This document shows, one piece after another, positions 25,185-33,671 of a stretch of 33,671 nucleotides of DNA. The notes beneath the pieces are model-generated. The model saw only the letters and a list, made by a program, of their open reading frames with translations, made no database searches and was not told the DNA's origin. Where the stretch lies: assembly GCA_964242675.1 (NCBI GenBank), contig CAXTDG010000001.1, positions 1 to 33,671 of the forward strand, read 5' to 3'. The translations under genes were made by a program, and so were the position numbers. The stretch comes from an uncultured Chitinophagaceae bacterium. Its GTDB lineage: Bacteria > Bacteroidota > Bacteroidia > Chitinophagales > Chitinophagaceae. Numbering within the stretch: position 1 is the first letter of the stretch; the number at the start of each line of letters is the position of its first letter.

Positions 25185-26201
25185 TTAATTTATTAGGGCT
25201 TCTGCAAACCGCTCCATCTCTTCCAATTGCGGGCTACATTGCAACAAAAAGAAATCAACGCCCACCTTTTCAAACGCTGCAATTTTGTCCTGTACCTGCG
25301 CTGGTGTACCGGTAAGGCCAGTACGTAATCCTCTGTTAGAAACAGAATAATCGTATAAGGAAACTCTTTGCTCTAATTGCGTACCGGATAACCATTGCTG
25401 GTAATTTTTATAACCGGAGCTGCCTTCCTGCACATTCGTAATTCTATCCAGTTCCTGTTTTACTTCGGCTTCCGTATTGCGGATAATGCTATACGCAGCA
25501 ACGCCATACAACATCGGTGGTAACCCTTTCTTCTCCCGACGTTCTTTCATATCGGCAATACGCCGACCAATTAATTCTGGTGAATCGCCGTGCATCACAT
25601 AGCCATCGCAGGTAGAAGAAATCAAATCCTTTGCTGCTTCTGATTCACCACCAGCATAGATTTTTGGTCGGGGGGAAGATACTGGTTTCGGCTGCAGAAT
25701 GTTATCGTTTACCTTATAGTATTTTCCGTCGAAACTGTAGTTGTCCTTCTTCCAAACATTGTCTACCACGTCGAGCCATTCAGCGGTACGAGCATAGCGG
25801 TTATCGTGCTGCTCAAACTGAATTCCGTATTTCTCTGCTTCATCTTTCCACCAGGAAGAAACGACATTCAAGGAAAGGCGTCCATTGCTGATATGATCAA
25901 TATTGGCGGCCTGCTTGGCCAACTGTGCCGGGTTGTGAAACGTAGGTCGTACAGCCACCATCAATTCTTGCTTATTAGTGACGGCTGCCAGTGCCGCTGC
26001 CGTTGACCAAGCATCTAGTGATGGTGCATCTTCACCCTTAATATCATTCAAATACAACTCCGCAATCAGTGCCAGGCTAAAGCCAATTTCTTCACTCCTA
26101 ATAGCTAGTTTTTTTGCATAATCCCAGGTTGGCTCCATGCCTTCATCTTCCACATTTCTCAACCATCCGCCAAAGACCGGTAACCAATATCCGTATTCCA
26201 T
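25185..26201 (-). CDS. LLM-class (luciferase-like) flavin-dependent oxidoreductase/monooxygenase
   Basis: 338 aa with ATG start. Pattern: GYWLPVFGGW...EEIGFSLALIAE...DAWSTAAALAAVTNKQELMVAVRP...AKQAANIDHISNGRLSLNVVSSWW...KIYAGGESEAAK, typical of the bacterial luciferase-like family. Confidence 0.8.
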   Translation of the reverse strand: MEYGYWLPVFGGWLRNVEDEGMEPTWDYAKKLAIRSEEIGFSLALIAELYLNDIKGEDAPSLDAWSTAAALAAVTNKQELMVAVRPTFHNPAQLAKQAANIDHISNGRLSLNVVSSWWKDEAEKYGIQFEQHDNRYARTAEWLDVVDNVWKKDNYSFDGKYYKVNDNILQPKPVSSPRPKIYAGGESEAAKDLISSTCDGYVMHGDSPELIGRRIADMKERREKKGLPPMLYGVAAYSIIRNTEAEVKQELDRITNVQEGSSGYKNYQQWLSGTQLEQRVSLYDYSVSNRGLRTGLTGTPAQVQDKIAAFEKVGVDFFLLQCSPQLEEMERFAEALIN

Positions 26202-26212
26202 TCTATTATTTT

Positions 26213-26253
26213 TTCACCACATAGACACAGTAGTTTACACATAGTGCCAGTAG
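26213..26253. repeat. Solo copy of the CACATAG-family repeat arm
   Basis: TTCACCACATAGACACAGTAGTTTACACATAGTGCCAGTAG. Positions 26216-26229 (ACCACATAGACACA) are identical to the reverse complement of 15359-15372. No partner arm was seen nearby. Confidence 0.55.
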
Positions 26254-26296
26254 TATTTTAAAGCTTTATCTAAATATCGATTTTCGAAGTATTTCT

Positions 26297-27274
26297 TTAA
26301 GCTGCTACTAGTTCTTCTTCATGCACACTAACAGCTTGTTGCTCTAAGAAATCCACTAAACGTTCATGTGGATTGAAGCCAATTACGTTCACTGCATCAG
26401 CCACAAAATTGGACAGAGCATTGATGTCGTAATACAGCACTTCGCCATCCCGGTCATCAATGATGTATTCGATACCACCCACATCAATACCGCAAGCCTG
26501 AACAATGGTTTCAATGTTTTTAATTACGTCTGCTGGTGGCGTATAAGCCTCTACTTTCAAGCCATTCTTAGGAGCATCTAAAGCACAGGCATTTCGTACC
26601 AGTTCTTGTCCGGTAGTGGTTTGGCAAATGTCAGCGGGGCAAAGGTTAAAGCTTTCTCCATTTGTGTACACCCGGATGGCGTACAGGTATTTGCCACCCA
26701 GCGTTTCTACACGGGTTATATAACCGCCACGAGCCGGGATAAATTCCTGCACCAGTGCCGTATGATCTACGCCGAAATCAATCTGGTTATTTTGTACTGC
26801 TTCCCGTACTTCTTCAATAGAATTAAACTTCTCAATACCAGCACCGCTACCACCAATATTGGCTTTCACCACAATTGGAAAACGCAAACCTTCTGTAGCA
26901 CTTTCTATTTGCGATACATGATTGACCACTCTTGATTTTGGATATTTAATACCCAATTGTTGCAACAAAATCAATTGCAGCGCTTTCGACGTTTCGTACG
27001 TAAAAGCCTTGTAACCATTGATGGTACGGATGCCCTGAATTTTCAAGTGTTTTAAATAATTCAGCGTGTAAAACATGCCCTGAATACCATCCCGCAAGTA
27101 AGCGGAAGGACTCATGCGGTTGAAGAAAAGCGAAAATTGCGGTGCTTCTTCTTCAATAGCAAACTGGTGCTGTGTTGGGTTAAAAGTTTGGTAAGGAATG
27201 CCTCTTTTTTCCAGTTCGGCTAATAAAGGTTTAAACCAATCAGGATGCTCAAATGATATTGCAAACGGTTCCAT
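26297..27274 (-). CDS. ATP-grasp family ligase (RimK-like), substrate unknown
   Basis: 325 aa with ATG start. Pattern: KALQLILLQQLGIKYPKS...FPIVVKANIGGSGAGIEKF...ALVQEFIPARGGYITRVETLGGKYLYAIRV...DVGGIEYIIDDRDGEVLYYDINALSNF, as in ATP-grasp folds. Confidence 0.7.
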   Translation of the reverse strand: MEPFAISFEHPDWFKPLLAELEKRGIPYQTFNPTQHQFAIEEEAPQFSLFFNRMSPSAYLRDGIQGMFYTLNYLKHLKIQGIRTINGYKAFTYETSKALQLILLQQLGIKYPKSRVVNHVSQIESATEGLRFPIVVKANIGGSGAGIEKFNSIEEVREAVQNNQIDFGVDHTALVQEFIPARGGYITRVETLGGKYLYAIRVYTNGESFNLCPADICQTTTGQELVRNACALDAPKNGLKVEAYTPPADVIKNIETIVQACGIDVGGIEYIIDDRDGEVLYYDINALSNFVADAVNVIGFNPHERLVDFLEQQAVSVHEEELVAA

Positions 27275-27319
27275 TTGTATTAAAATAGGGGATTGAAAAA
27301 TTAAAAACGGAATAACAAA

Positions 27320-27341
27320 TGTCAGCTAATAATAGCTGACA
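27320..27341 (-). terminator. Hairpin downstream of tRNA-Cys; probable tRNA terminator
   Basis: TGTCAGCT (27320-27327) and AGCTGACA (27334-27341) are exact reverse complements with loop AATAAT. On the minus strand the hairpin is followed by ATTTGTTATTCCGTTTTT. Confidence 0.45.
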
Positions 27342-27390
27342 ACGCTGAATTATACTCTACAAATACGGTTAAAAAAGGTTATAAAAAAGA

Positions 27391-27461
27391 GGCGGTGGGA
27401 CGGATTCGAACCGTCGTAGAGGGTTTTGCAGACCCCAGCCTTGCCACTCGACCACCCCGCC
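27391..27461 (-). tRNA. tRNA-Cys (anticodon GCA)
   Basis: The minus-strand read is GGCGGGGTGGTCGAGTGGCAAGGCTGGGGTCTGCAAAACCCTCTACGACGGTTCGAATCCGTCCCACCGCC (71 nt). The acceptor stem GGCGGGG/CCCACCG(CC) pairs. Anticodon stem GGGGT/ACCCT encloses loop CTGCAAA, giving U33 and anticodon GCA. The T-arm has GGTTCGAATCC. CCA is not encoded. Confidence 0.9.
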
Positions 27462-27467
27462 TTATAT

Positions 27468-27499
27468 ATGTACCCGGCTGCACCTTACGCCGGGTACAT
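27468..27499 (-). terminator. Hairpin between the M14 peptidase stop and tRNA-Cys
   Basis: ATGTACCCGGC (27468-27478) and GCCGGGTACAT (27489-27499) are exact reverse complements, giving an 11-bp stem with a 10-nt loop. It starts 10 nt after the stop at 27510. The T-run lies on the plus-strand side (AAAACCTTTTTT). Confidence 0.5.
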
Positions 27500-27509
27500 A
27501 AAACCTTTT

Positions 27510-30239
27510 TTACTGACCATATCCAAACCCGTTGCCAAGCAGCGGAGCAAAGAAAATAGCATTTAAAAACAGGCGGTTGGTGCCTAACCAATAGCTGCGA
27601 TAGGTAGGATCGTCAGCGAATAATACGACTTCACCGCTACCGTTAGGACTTAGTAAAATGGCCGCCGAATTGGCAACACGAGCAATATTGTTTTTGGAAG
27701 AATATCCATTGATAAAAGGCGCTTTGGTGTACTGTGCCACCGTAGCATATTTATTGGTGCTAGGCAGTAAAAGTGTAGGGCCATTTTTGTTGATAAATAG
27801 CTTGCGGGTATTCAGTCCAAAAGCTATTGGATGGCTGATATCAATATCCGCTTCGAAGATAGCACCGTTGATGCGTTTGCTACCTTCTACATCTTGCTGT
27901 TGAATATAATCCAGGCGTTCTGTATTGGCACTATTTCTTCTACCTGTATTTGTTTCAGCAGCAGCAACTAGTTGCGGACCTGACTGGCCTAGCTGCGCCG
28001 TTTGCGAAACAATAACGGGTTTACCATTGGCATCAATTGCCGTTGTAGGTGTCGGTGTTAGATTGTTCAAATTCTGACGATCCGGTGCTCTTTCTGTTTG
28101 CTCTAATTTCTCGTTAGCAATGCCTTGTTGTACGGCCCATGCACTAGCGGTTTGGAAAGTAATCAGCGAACCACCATCTGCTACCCAAGCCTTGATTTTA
28201 TCCACTACTGATTTATCCCATGCACTGTAATTACCTCCAGGCAAAACCAATGTAGTATAGCGTTTCAGAGAAGCACGTTGGAAATTTTGCAGATCAATTT
28301 TTGTTACTGGCAATCCTAATTGTTGATTCAATAAAAACCAGATCTGTCCAGCTTCTTCAGAATTGGTGCCCTGCCCAAACGCCAATGCTACTTCTGGTTT
28401 TTTTACAGATTTAATATTGCTGCTACCCAAATCAATACCTTCTGCATTGAAGCCGGTGGTTACGGGTGTAATATTTAAGCCTGTTGCACTAGATACTTGT
28501 TGTAGGGCGCTGTATAACGAATCAGGCGAAACAGTCTGGCCAGCCACAGGCACTACCAGGCTACCATAGCTGTATGCTTTTTTACCTTCTGCTGTGGGAA
28601 TGCTGAATGGTTTGAAAGCTGTTTTCACCAATAGATTTTTAGATAATAATTGATATAAAGCTTTGGAAGCGTTGTAGTCAGAATAATTAAGAATATAAGC
28701 GACAGATGATTTTCCAGAAACGGTGCCTACAGGGAAATGGGCGGCAGTTACTACACTACCTTTTGCAAAGCCAGCAGTAGCCACTTTTGCATATTGCAAA
28801 CCATAGGCATGAATGATACTCCAGCCGGTATTGTCATAGTAAATACTGTCTTTTAAAATGTTCTCTTCAAACAGGGAATGAACGATTAAAAAATTAGGTT
28901 GCTCAGATGGAACTACATAAGCTTTTCCTTTTTCAAAACGTTTTCCATCCTGTGTGTAATCAGCATTTAACTCATATACTTTCACCCGATGCTTTACAAG
29001 TAGATCCAAGAATTTTTGTGTCAAGGTTTCATCACGGCTATCACCAAATACAAAAGCTTTTGTTGGGTTTAGGCGACCTTGTTCCAGTGCATATTTGAAG
29101 AACTCTTTTTGCTCTTTAAATAGGCCTGCTTTTTCAGCAACAGAACCACGAATAGTAGAAAGGCTTGTAGCTACGTGATTGCGAATGCTGAATGGAAAAG
29201 TAAGCGTACCATTCGTCGTTTCTTTAGCAATACCACCTGAACTGGCTTCTTCAAAAGTAGCTGCTACACTACCGAAAAATTTGGGATAGGTAGAGCCATA
29301 AATAGGAGAAAGGTTATCGTAATTTTCTTTAGTGAAATAGAGCGAACCAATGGCATCTAAAGCCTGTGCATGATACTTTGCCAGCTTTGTATTTTCATCA
29401 TACAAAAACTGTGGAATAATAGGGCTTTCATGGCGCTTAGGTGTAGGCTCAAAATAGTAAGTTGCGTTGGCACCTTGCTCATGAAAATCTATCTGCACAT
29501 TGGGATACCATTTATGGAAAAACTCAATGCGGTTCACACTTTCCACCTGCGTTAGGTTCAGCCAATCTCTATTTAAATTATTTAAATAGTGATTGCTTCT
29601 GCCACCCGGCCAACTTTCCTGGTGTTCTTTGTCTAATGGGTCAGCAACAGGTGGAAATGACTTGTAGGAATTATACCAATTAGCCGCTCTATCACGACCA
29701 TCCGGATTCAGAGATGGGTCAATAAAAATTACTGCTTCATTCAACCATTTTTGTGTTTCTGCACTTTGATTAGCAGCTAAATAATAAGCAGTCAACAAAC
29801 TGGTTTCACCACTACTTGTTTCATTGCCATGCACACTGTAACCCAGGTTAATTACCACCGGCGCATCTGAACGAATAGCAGGTTTGCTCGGGTCAACCAG
29901 CGTAAGATGTTCCTGGCGAATATCTTCCAGCTTTGAATAATTTTCTGATGAAGTAAACGTGGCAATTACTTGTTCCCGCTGCTCATAAGTACGACCGATA
30001 CTTTGTACATGCACTTTGCTACTTACTTTTTCCAGTTCCCGTAGGTATGCCACAATTTCATCATGCCTTGTATAATGACTACCAATCGGGTAACCTAAAA
30101 ATTGCTCTGGCGTTGGTATTTTACTATCGTACGGACCCTGAGAATTCGGGAAGAAATAACTGGTTTGCGCAACAGCGGCATTCACTGTAAACACCAGTGC
30201 AGCAAGGCCTATTTTTTTGAGATTAATAATACTTTTCAT
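27510..30239 (-). CDS. M14-family zinc metallocarboxypeptidase with a large C-terminal extension
   Basis: 909 aa. Signal peptide MKSIINLKKIGLAALVFTVNAAVAQ. M14 zinc motif in GYSVHGNETSSGETSLL (HxxE); also NPDGRD, NRDW, IDFHEQG. About 550 aa of unassigned C-terminal sequence. Confidence 0.85.
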   Translation of the reverse strand: MKSIINLKKIGLAALVFTVNAAVAQTSYFFPNSQGPYDSKIPTPEQFLGYPIGSHYTRHDEIVAYLRELEKVSSKVHVQSIGRTYEQREQVIATFTSSENYSKLEDIRQEHLTLVDPSKPAIRSDAPVVINLGYSVHGNETSSGETSLLTAYYLAANQSAETQKWLNEAVIFIDPSLNPDGRDRAANWYNSYKSFPPVADPLDKEHQESWPGGRSNHYLNNLNRDWLNLTQVESVNRIEFFHKWYPNVQIDFHEQGANATYYFEPTPKRHESPIIPQFLYDENTKLAKYHAQALDAIGSLYFTKENYDNLSPIYGSTYPKFFGSVAATFEEASSGGIAKETTNGTLTFPFSIRNHVATSLSTIRGSVAEKAGLFKEQKEFFKYALEQGRLNPTKAFVFGDSRDETLTQKFLDLLVKHRVKVYELNADYTQDGKRFEKGKAYVVPSEQPNFLIVHSLFEENILKDSIYYDNTGWSIIHAYGLQYAKVATAGFAKGSVVTAAHFPVGTVSGKSSVAYILNYSDYNASKALYQLLSKNLLVKTAFKPFSIPTAEGKKAYSYGSLVVPVAGQTVSPDSLYSALQQVSSATGLNITPVTTGFNAEGIDLGSSNIKSVKKPEVALAFGQGTNSEEAGQIWFLLNQQLGLPVTKIDLQNFQRASLKRYTTLVLPGGNYSAWDKSVVDKIKAWVADGGSLITFQTASAWAVQQGIANEKLEQTERAPDRQNLNNLTPTPTTAIDANGKPVIVSQTAQLGQSGPQLVAAAETNTGRRNSANTERLDYIQQQDVEGSKRINGAIFEADIDISHPIAFGLNTRKLFINKNGPTLLLPSTNKYATVAQYTKAPFINGYSSKNNIARVANSAAILLSPNGSGEVVLFADDPTYRSYWLGTNRLFLNAIFFAPLLGNGFGYGQ

Positions 30240-30333
30240 GATGATTATTTTAAGTTGTCTGAATCAGGATTTACAAGATGAAAGGATGAACAGAATGTTT
30301 TATGAAGATTGAATAGCAGAACTTTAAACTTGC

Positions 30334-31662
30334 TTAATAACCTGGATTCTGCGTTACATCAGGATCGGATTGCACATCAGATAATGGGATTGGGAACAAC
30401 CAATAATTTTGATTGGCAAGTCCTAAAACCGCACCGGCACGGCTGGTACGTACCAGATCAAACCAACGGTGTGCTTCAAAAGCAAATTCAACACTGTTTT
30501 CATCTTCAATGACCTGCAACACATCAGCTTGAGACGTAGCCGAATAGGCAGCTACATCCGCTCTTGCACGAATGATATTCAAATCTGCTAGCGCTCCTGA
30601 GAGGTTATTTTGTCTGGCTCTTGCCTCAGCCCGAATGAGATATAATTCTGCAATGCGAATAACATAAGATGGATCGGTGCTGGTAGACGAAGTATTATAC
30701 AGCACGCCATACACGGAATTTCCGCTGCCCGCAAGTAGGCTACTTCTTGTGCCTCCTATAGCTGTGTTTGTTAACTTGGAAACAATGCCGGTAGATGGCT
30801 TCAAAGTATACTGCCCACCTGCAGAACTAGGATACCACAAGTTCCAGAAACTGTTCTTATCATTTGCAGAAAAGGTCAATTCAAAAACAGATTCTGCTGT
30901 ATTAAACGGAGCAGTGAAAAATGTTTTATAAGGTGATACCAAATTGTATTTCGTGTTGCCAATTACTTGTGTAGCGTAGGTCTCAGCATCGGCCCATTGT
31001 TGGCGATACAAATGCAGTCTTGATCGTAATGCTCTGGCGGTACTTTTTTGTGCCCGGTTACGAGTATTAGCATCTTCCGGGAGTAATTGTTCTGCTTTAA
31101 TTAAATCAGCCAATACCTGGTCGTATGTTTGCGCCAATGTGCTGCGTTTTATGCCTTTTAATCCATTTACATCTGTTGTTGGTTTTAGCTGTAATTGCAA
31201 GCCACCCCAGCCACGGCCCAGATCAAAATAACCCAATGCCCGTATGAAATAAGCTTCGCCCAAAATCTTATTTTTTTCATCTGTTGTAAGCGTTGCATCT
31301 GTTACCGCAGGCACATATTCTAACACGCCATTTGCTGCATTAATAGCCCGGTAAATGCCTTGATAAGCAGCTACTGTTGTTACGTTGTCAGCGGGTATAG
31401 CATTTTGATCCAGTTGTAAATACTGGCTTAGCGTTCCATTGAAGATTACATTATCCGCAGTAATCGTTCCCAGCGTTGGATAGTTGGATGCATAATAACC
31501 CTGCACCGCATCGTAAGCGCCAATGATGGCGGCTCTTGCAGTACCTGCCGTAAAAGTTGTGCTGGTAGAAACGGAACTGTTGGGCAATTCCGTAAGATAT
31601 TTTTTGCAGGAAGCTAGTGAAGCTGTTAGGAGCAAAAAACTCAGTTTATAATATAGTTTCAT
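30334..31662 (-). CDS. SusD/RagB-family outer-membrane lipoprotein (pair C)
   Basis: The ORF extends to 31713, but the ATG at 31662 gives the lipoprotein signal MKLYYKLSFLLLTASLASC. SusD-like segments: GEAYFIRALGYFDLGRGWGG, IRIAELYLIRAEA, ending ...TQNPGY. Starts 37 nt after the SusC-C stop. Confidence 0.85.
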   Translation of the reverse strand: MKLYYKLSFLLLTASLASCKKYLTELPNSSVSTSTTFTAGTARAAIIGAYDAVQGYYASNYPTLGTITADNVIFNGTLSQYLQLDQNAIPADNVTTVAAYQGIYRAINAANGVLEYVPAVTDATLTTDEKNKILGEAYFIRALGYFDLGRGWGGLQLQLKPTTDVNGLKGIKRSTLAQTYDQVLADLIKAEQLLPEDANTRNRAQKSTARALRSRLHLYRQQWADAETYATQVIGNTKYNLVSPYKTFFTAPFNTAESVFELTFSANDKNSFWNLWYPSSAGGQYTLKPSTGIVSKLTNTAIGGTRSSLLAGSGNSVYGVLYNTSSTSTDPSYVIRIAELYLIRAEARARQNNLSGALADLNIIRARADVAAYSATSQADVLQVIEDENSVEFAFEAHRWFDLVRTSRAGAVLGLANQNYWLFPIPLSDVQSDPDVTQNPGY

Positions 31663-31699
31663 GTTCGTTGAAATAAAAAGATCAATTAAAAAAGAGAAA

Positions 31700-33671
31700 T
31701 TAAAAACCCACATTTACACCTACCTGAATGGTACGTGGCTGAGGCACCGTAGCCCAATCGTAACCACCTGTATTTTGGTTACTACTTTGCGAACTTACTT
31801 CCGGATCAAGACCGCTGTAGTGCGTAAAGGTTAGCAGGTTAGCTCCTTGCACGTATGCACGGATATTGCTCAGTTTCAGCTGGCGAGTAACGCTTGCAGG
31901 CAGGTTGTAACTAAGCGTTACGGTACGCAGGCGAATGAAGGAGCCATCTTCCAGGTAGCGAGTACTTTGACTGGCCACATTACCTCCATAATTGTTTGCT
32001 GCACCACCGTTTACAGTTGGGTTAGCGCTGTATGTAGTCAGCCTCGGAATGTCTGTAATATCACCTGGTTTTTGCCAGCGTTCGAGTTGGCGGGGAACAA
32101 AGCCAATGTTCGCTTGTGTGCCACCATGCACCAGGAAAAAGTCATTCATATTTATGATCTTATTTCCTTGTTGGAAATAGAGAAAGAAGTTGAAATCAAA
32201 CCCTTTCCAGGAAAGATTATTGGTGAATCCACCAGTGTATTTAGGCAATGCACTGCCTACAATCTGGCGATCAGCAGCGGTAATAGCTTTATCGCCATTT
32301 ACGTCTTCATATACCGCATTTCCAGTTTGCGGATCAACATATAATTGCTTGAATAATTGAATAGAACCGATGGAATACCCTTGTCTTAAGATAGAAAGAT
32401 TACGACCAGAAGCACCCTGTGCAATATCAGATGCCAGCTTCTCAATCTTATTATTATTCCAGGATATATTAAAGTTGGTTGTCCAGTGGAAATTTTTTGT
32501 GCTGACGTTAGTAGAATTGAGCGCTAACTCCAGCCCTTTATTCCTCATGGAGCCATAATTCTGCAGATAAGTTGTAAAGCCTGATCTGGATGGGATGGGT
32601 ACATATAGCAGCAGGTCGTACGTGTATTTATTGTACACATCTGCTGAAACGCTCAGCCTGTTTTTGAGAATAGCAAAGTCAAGTCCCAGATCAATCTGGC
32701 GGGTTGTTTCCCAGGTCAGGTCGGCATTGGGTAATTGAGTAGGGGTAATGCCAGCCACTTCCAGATAGTTAGATCCTCCGCCGTACAAGCCCTGCGCAGC
32801 ATAGGCGCCAATACCGTTCTGTGTGCCGGAAAGGCCAGCACTAGCACGTACTTTCAGCTCGTCGAAGAAGTTTAGATTTTGTATAAAATTCTCTTGACCT
32901 AAACGCCAGGTAACACCACCGGAAGGGAAATATCCCCATCGTTTATTTACCCCAAATTTAGAAGAGGCATCTGCCCGCAGACTTCCATCAATCGTGTATT
33001 TATTATCAAACGTGTAGCCGACTTTTCCAAAGAAAGATACCAGTTTAGATTGTGACCGGGAAGAAGAACCAGAACGGATGGCCGCAGCAGAAACGGCTGT
33101 AAAATCGTTAGAAGGAAAGTCGGTACCCGTAGCTGTGGTAGATTGTGCCAATACCGTATTAATTGTATTTCCTACCAGTGCATTGATATTGTGTTTTTTA
33201 TCTGCACCAAACGATTTAATATAGGTCAGTACCTGTTCATTGGTCAACACCAGGTTCTTTGTTTCGTAAGATGCGGCTGACCCATTTACCGAAATACCTG
33301 CACTTAAAAGCGTATTAGTGTAATTGTTTTCGTATACGTCATTATTATCAAGACTCCAACTAGTACGTAATTTTAATTCAGGTAAAAAGCTGTACTCGCC
33401 ATATACATTTCCGATCAGGCGCCAACCAACTGCGCTGTTATTCAGCTGGTCTATCAGGGCTAAATGATTTTCGAAACTGCCATAGCGGGCATATCCACCA
33501 GTTTGCGTAAAAATGGGTAGATAACTGCGAGGAAAAATAGCAGAATTAATAACGCCGGTTGGGTTGTTATCATTGCTGCTCACATTGCGCCAGGTACGGC
33601 TCAAATTGATGCTGGTACCTACTTTCAGGCGACTGGTTAAATTATTATCATAGTTCAACCGAGCTGTGTAT
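31700..33671 (-). CDS. SusC/RagA-family TonB-dependent transporter (pair C), with the N-terminus outside the window
   Basis: The frame stays open to the window edge; the listed M at 33658 is a TTG codon. C-terminal barrel features: KVRASAGLSGTQNG, LKNRLSVSADVYNK, NKGLELALNS, ending ...TIQVGVNVGF. Confidence 0.85.
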   Translation of the reverse strand, partial: YTARLNYDNNLTSRLKVGTSINLSRTWRNVSSNDNNPTGVINSAIFPRSYLPIFTQTGGYARYGSFENHLALIDQLNNSAVGWRLIGNVYGEYSFLPELKLRTSWSLDNNDVYENNYTNTLLSAGISVNGSAASYETKNLVLTNEQVLTYIKSFGADKKHNINALVGNTINTVLAQSTTATGTDFPSNDFTAVSAAAIRSGSSSRSQSKLVSFFGKVGYTFDNKYTIDGSLRADASSKFGVNKRWGYFPSGGVTWRLGQENFIQNLNFFDELKVRASAGLSGTQNGIGAYAAQGLYGGGSNYLEVAGITPTQLPNADLTWETTRQIDLGLDFAILKNRLSVSADVYNKYTYDLLLYVPIPSRSGFTTYLQNYGSMRNKGLELALNSTNVSTKNFHWTTNFNISWNNNKIEKLASDIAQGASGRNLSILRQGYSIGSIQLFKQLYVDPQTGNAVYEDVNGDKAITAADRQIVGSALPKYTGGFTNNLSWKGFDFNFFLYFQQGNKIINMNDFFLVHGGTQANIGFVPRQLERWQKPGDITDIPRLTTYSANPTVNGGAANNYGGNVASQSTRYLEDGSFIRLRTVTLSYNLPASVTRQLKLSNIRAYVQGANLLTFTHYSGLDPEVSSQSSNQNTGGYDWATVPQPRTIQVGVNVGF

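Noticed and set aside
25185-27461. tRNA-Cys-associated genomic island containing the ATP-grasp/LLM genes
   Set aside because: There is no integrase, no visible direct repeat of the tRNA 3' end at lower coordinates, and no obvious compositional break by eye.
27379-27591. 70-aa minus-strand ORF
   Set aside because: It overlaps tRNA-Cys, the hairpin and the 3' end of the M14 gene. The tRNA call explains this sequence.
31847-32344. 165-aa plus-strand ORF
   Set aside because: It is antisense inside the SusC-C barrel region, with no motifs or signal sequence. It is a shadow ORF.
1-33671. CRISPR arrays, toxin-antitoxin pairs, restriction-modification or other defence systems, intact IS elements
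   Set aside because: No spaced direct-repeat array, nuclease/helicase/methylase motifs or DDE transposase domain was seen. The only transposase-like sequence is the zinc-ribbon/HTH fused to the 7TMR-DISM protein.

Overview
This window looks like a Bacteroidota chromosome segment, probably Chitinophagia or Sphingobacteriia-like. The evidence is SusC/SusD pairs, a T9SS C-terminal sorting domain and lipoprotein signal peptides. All but one gene lie on the minus strand. Coordinates ~3.6-23.6 kb form one large polysaccharide utilization locus (PUL). It contains two tandem SusC/SusD pairs, then a ThuA-like protein, an SGNH esterase, a GH18, a sensor protein, two GH30 enzymes and a GH5 with a CBM6-like module. 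GH88 and a T9SS-secreted GH53 galactanase follow at 0.1-3.5 kb. A 612-bp AT-rich non-coding region separates the PUL from a lipoprotein gluconolactonase-like gene, the only plus-strand gene. Next come an LLM flavin oxidoreductase and an ATP-grasp protein, then tRNA-Cys(GCA). A second SusC/SusD locus follows, whose only enzyme in the window is a 909-aa M14 carboxypeptidase. The most unusual object is the 673-aa protein at 8446-10467. It has a 7TMR-DISM extracellular domain, seven TM helices and a long coiled coil. Its C-terminus is a four-cysteine zinc ribbon plus HTH that reads like the N-terminus of an IS1595-family transposase without the DDE domain. It is the only regulator-like gene in the PUL, so it may be a membrane-tethered, transposase-derived glycan-responsive regulator. 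Two families of short inverted-repeat elements sit in PUL intergenic spacers, and one separates a susC/susD pair by 211 bp. No CRISPR array, integrase, intact IS or recognisable defence genes were seen. All family assignments come from motif recognition by eye and need HMM or BLAST confirmation.
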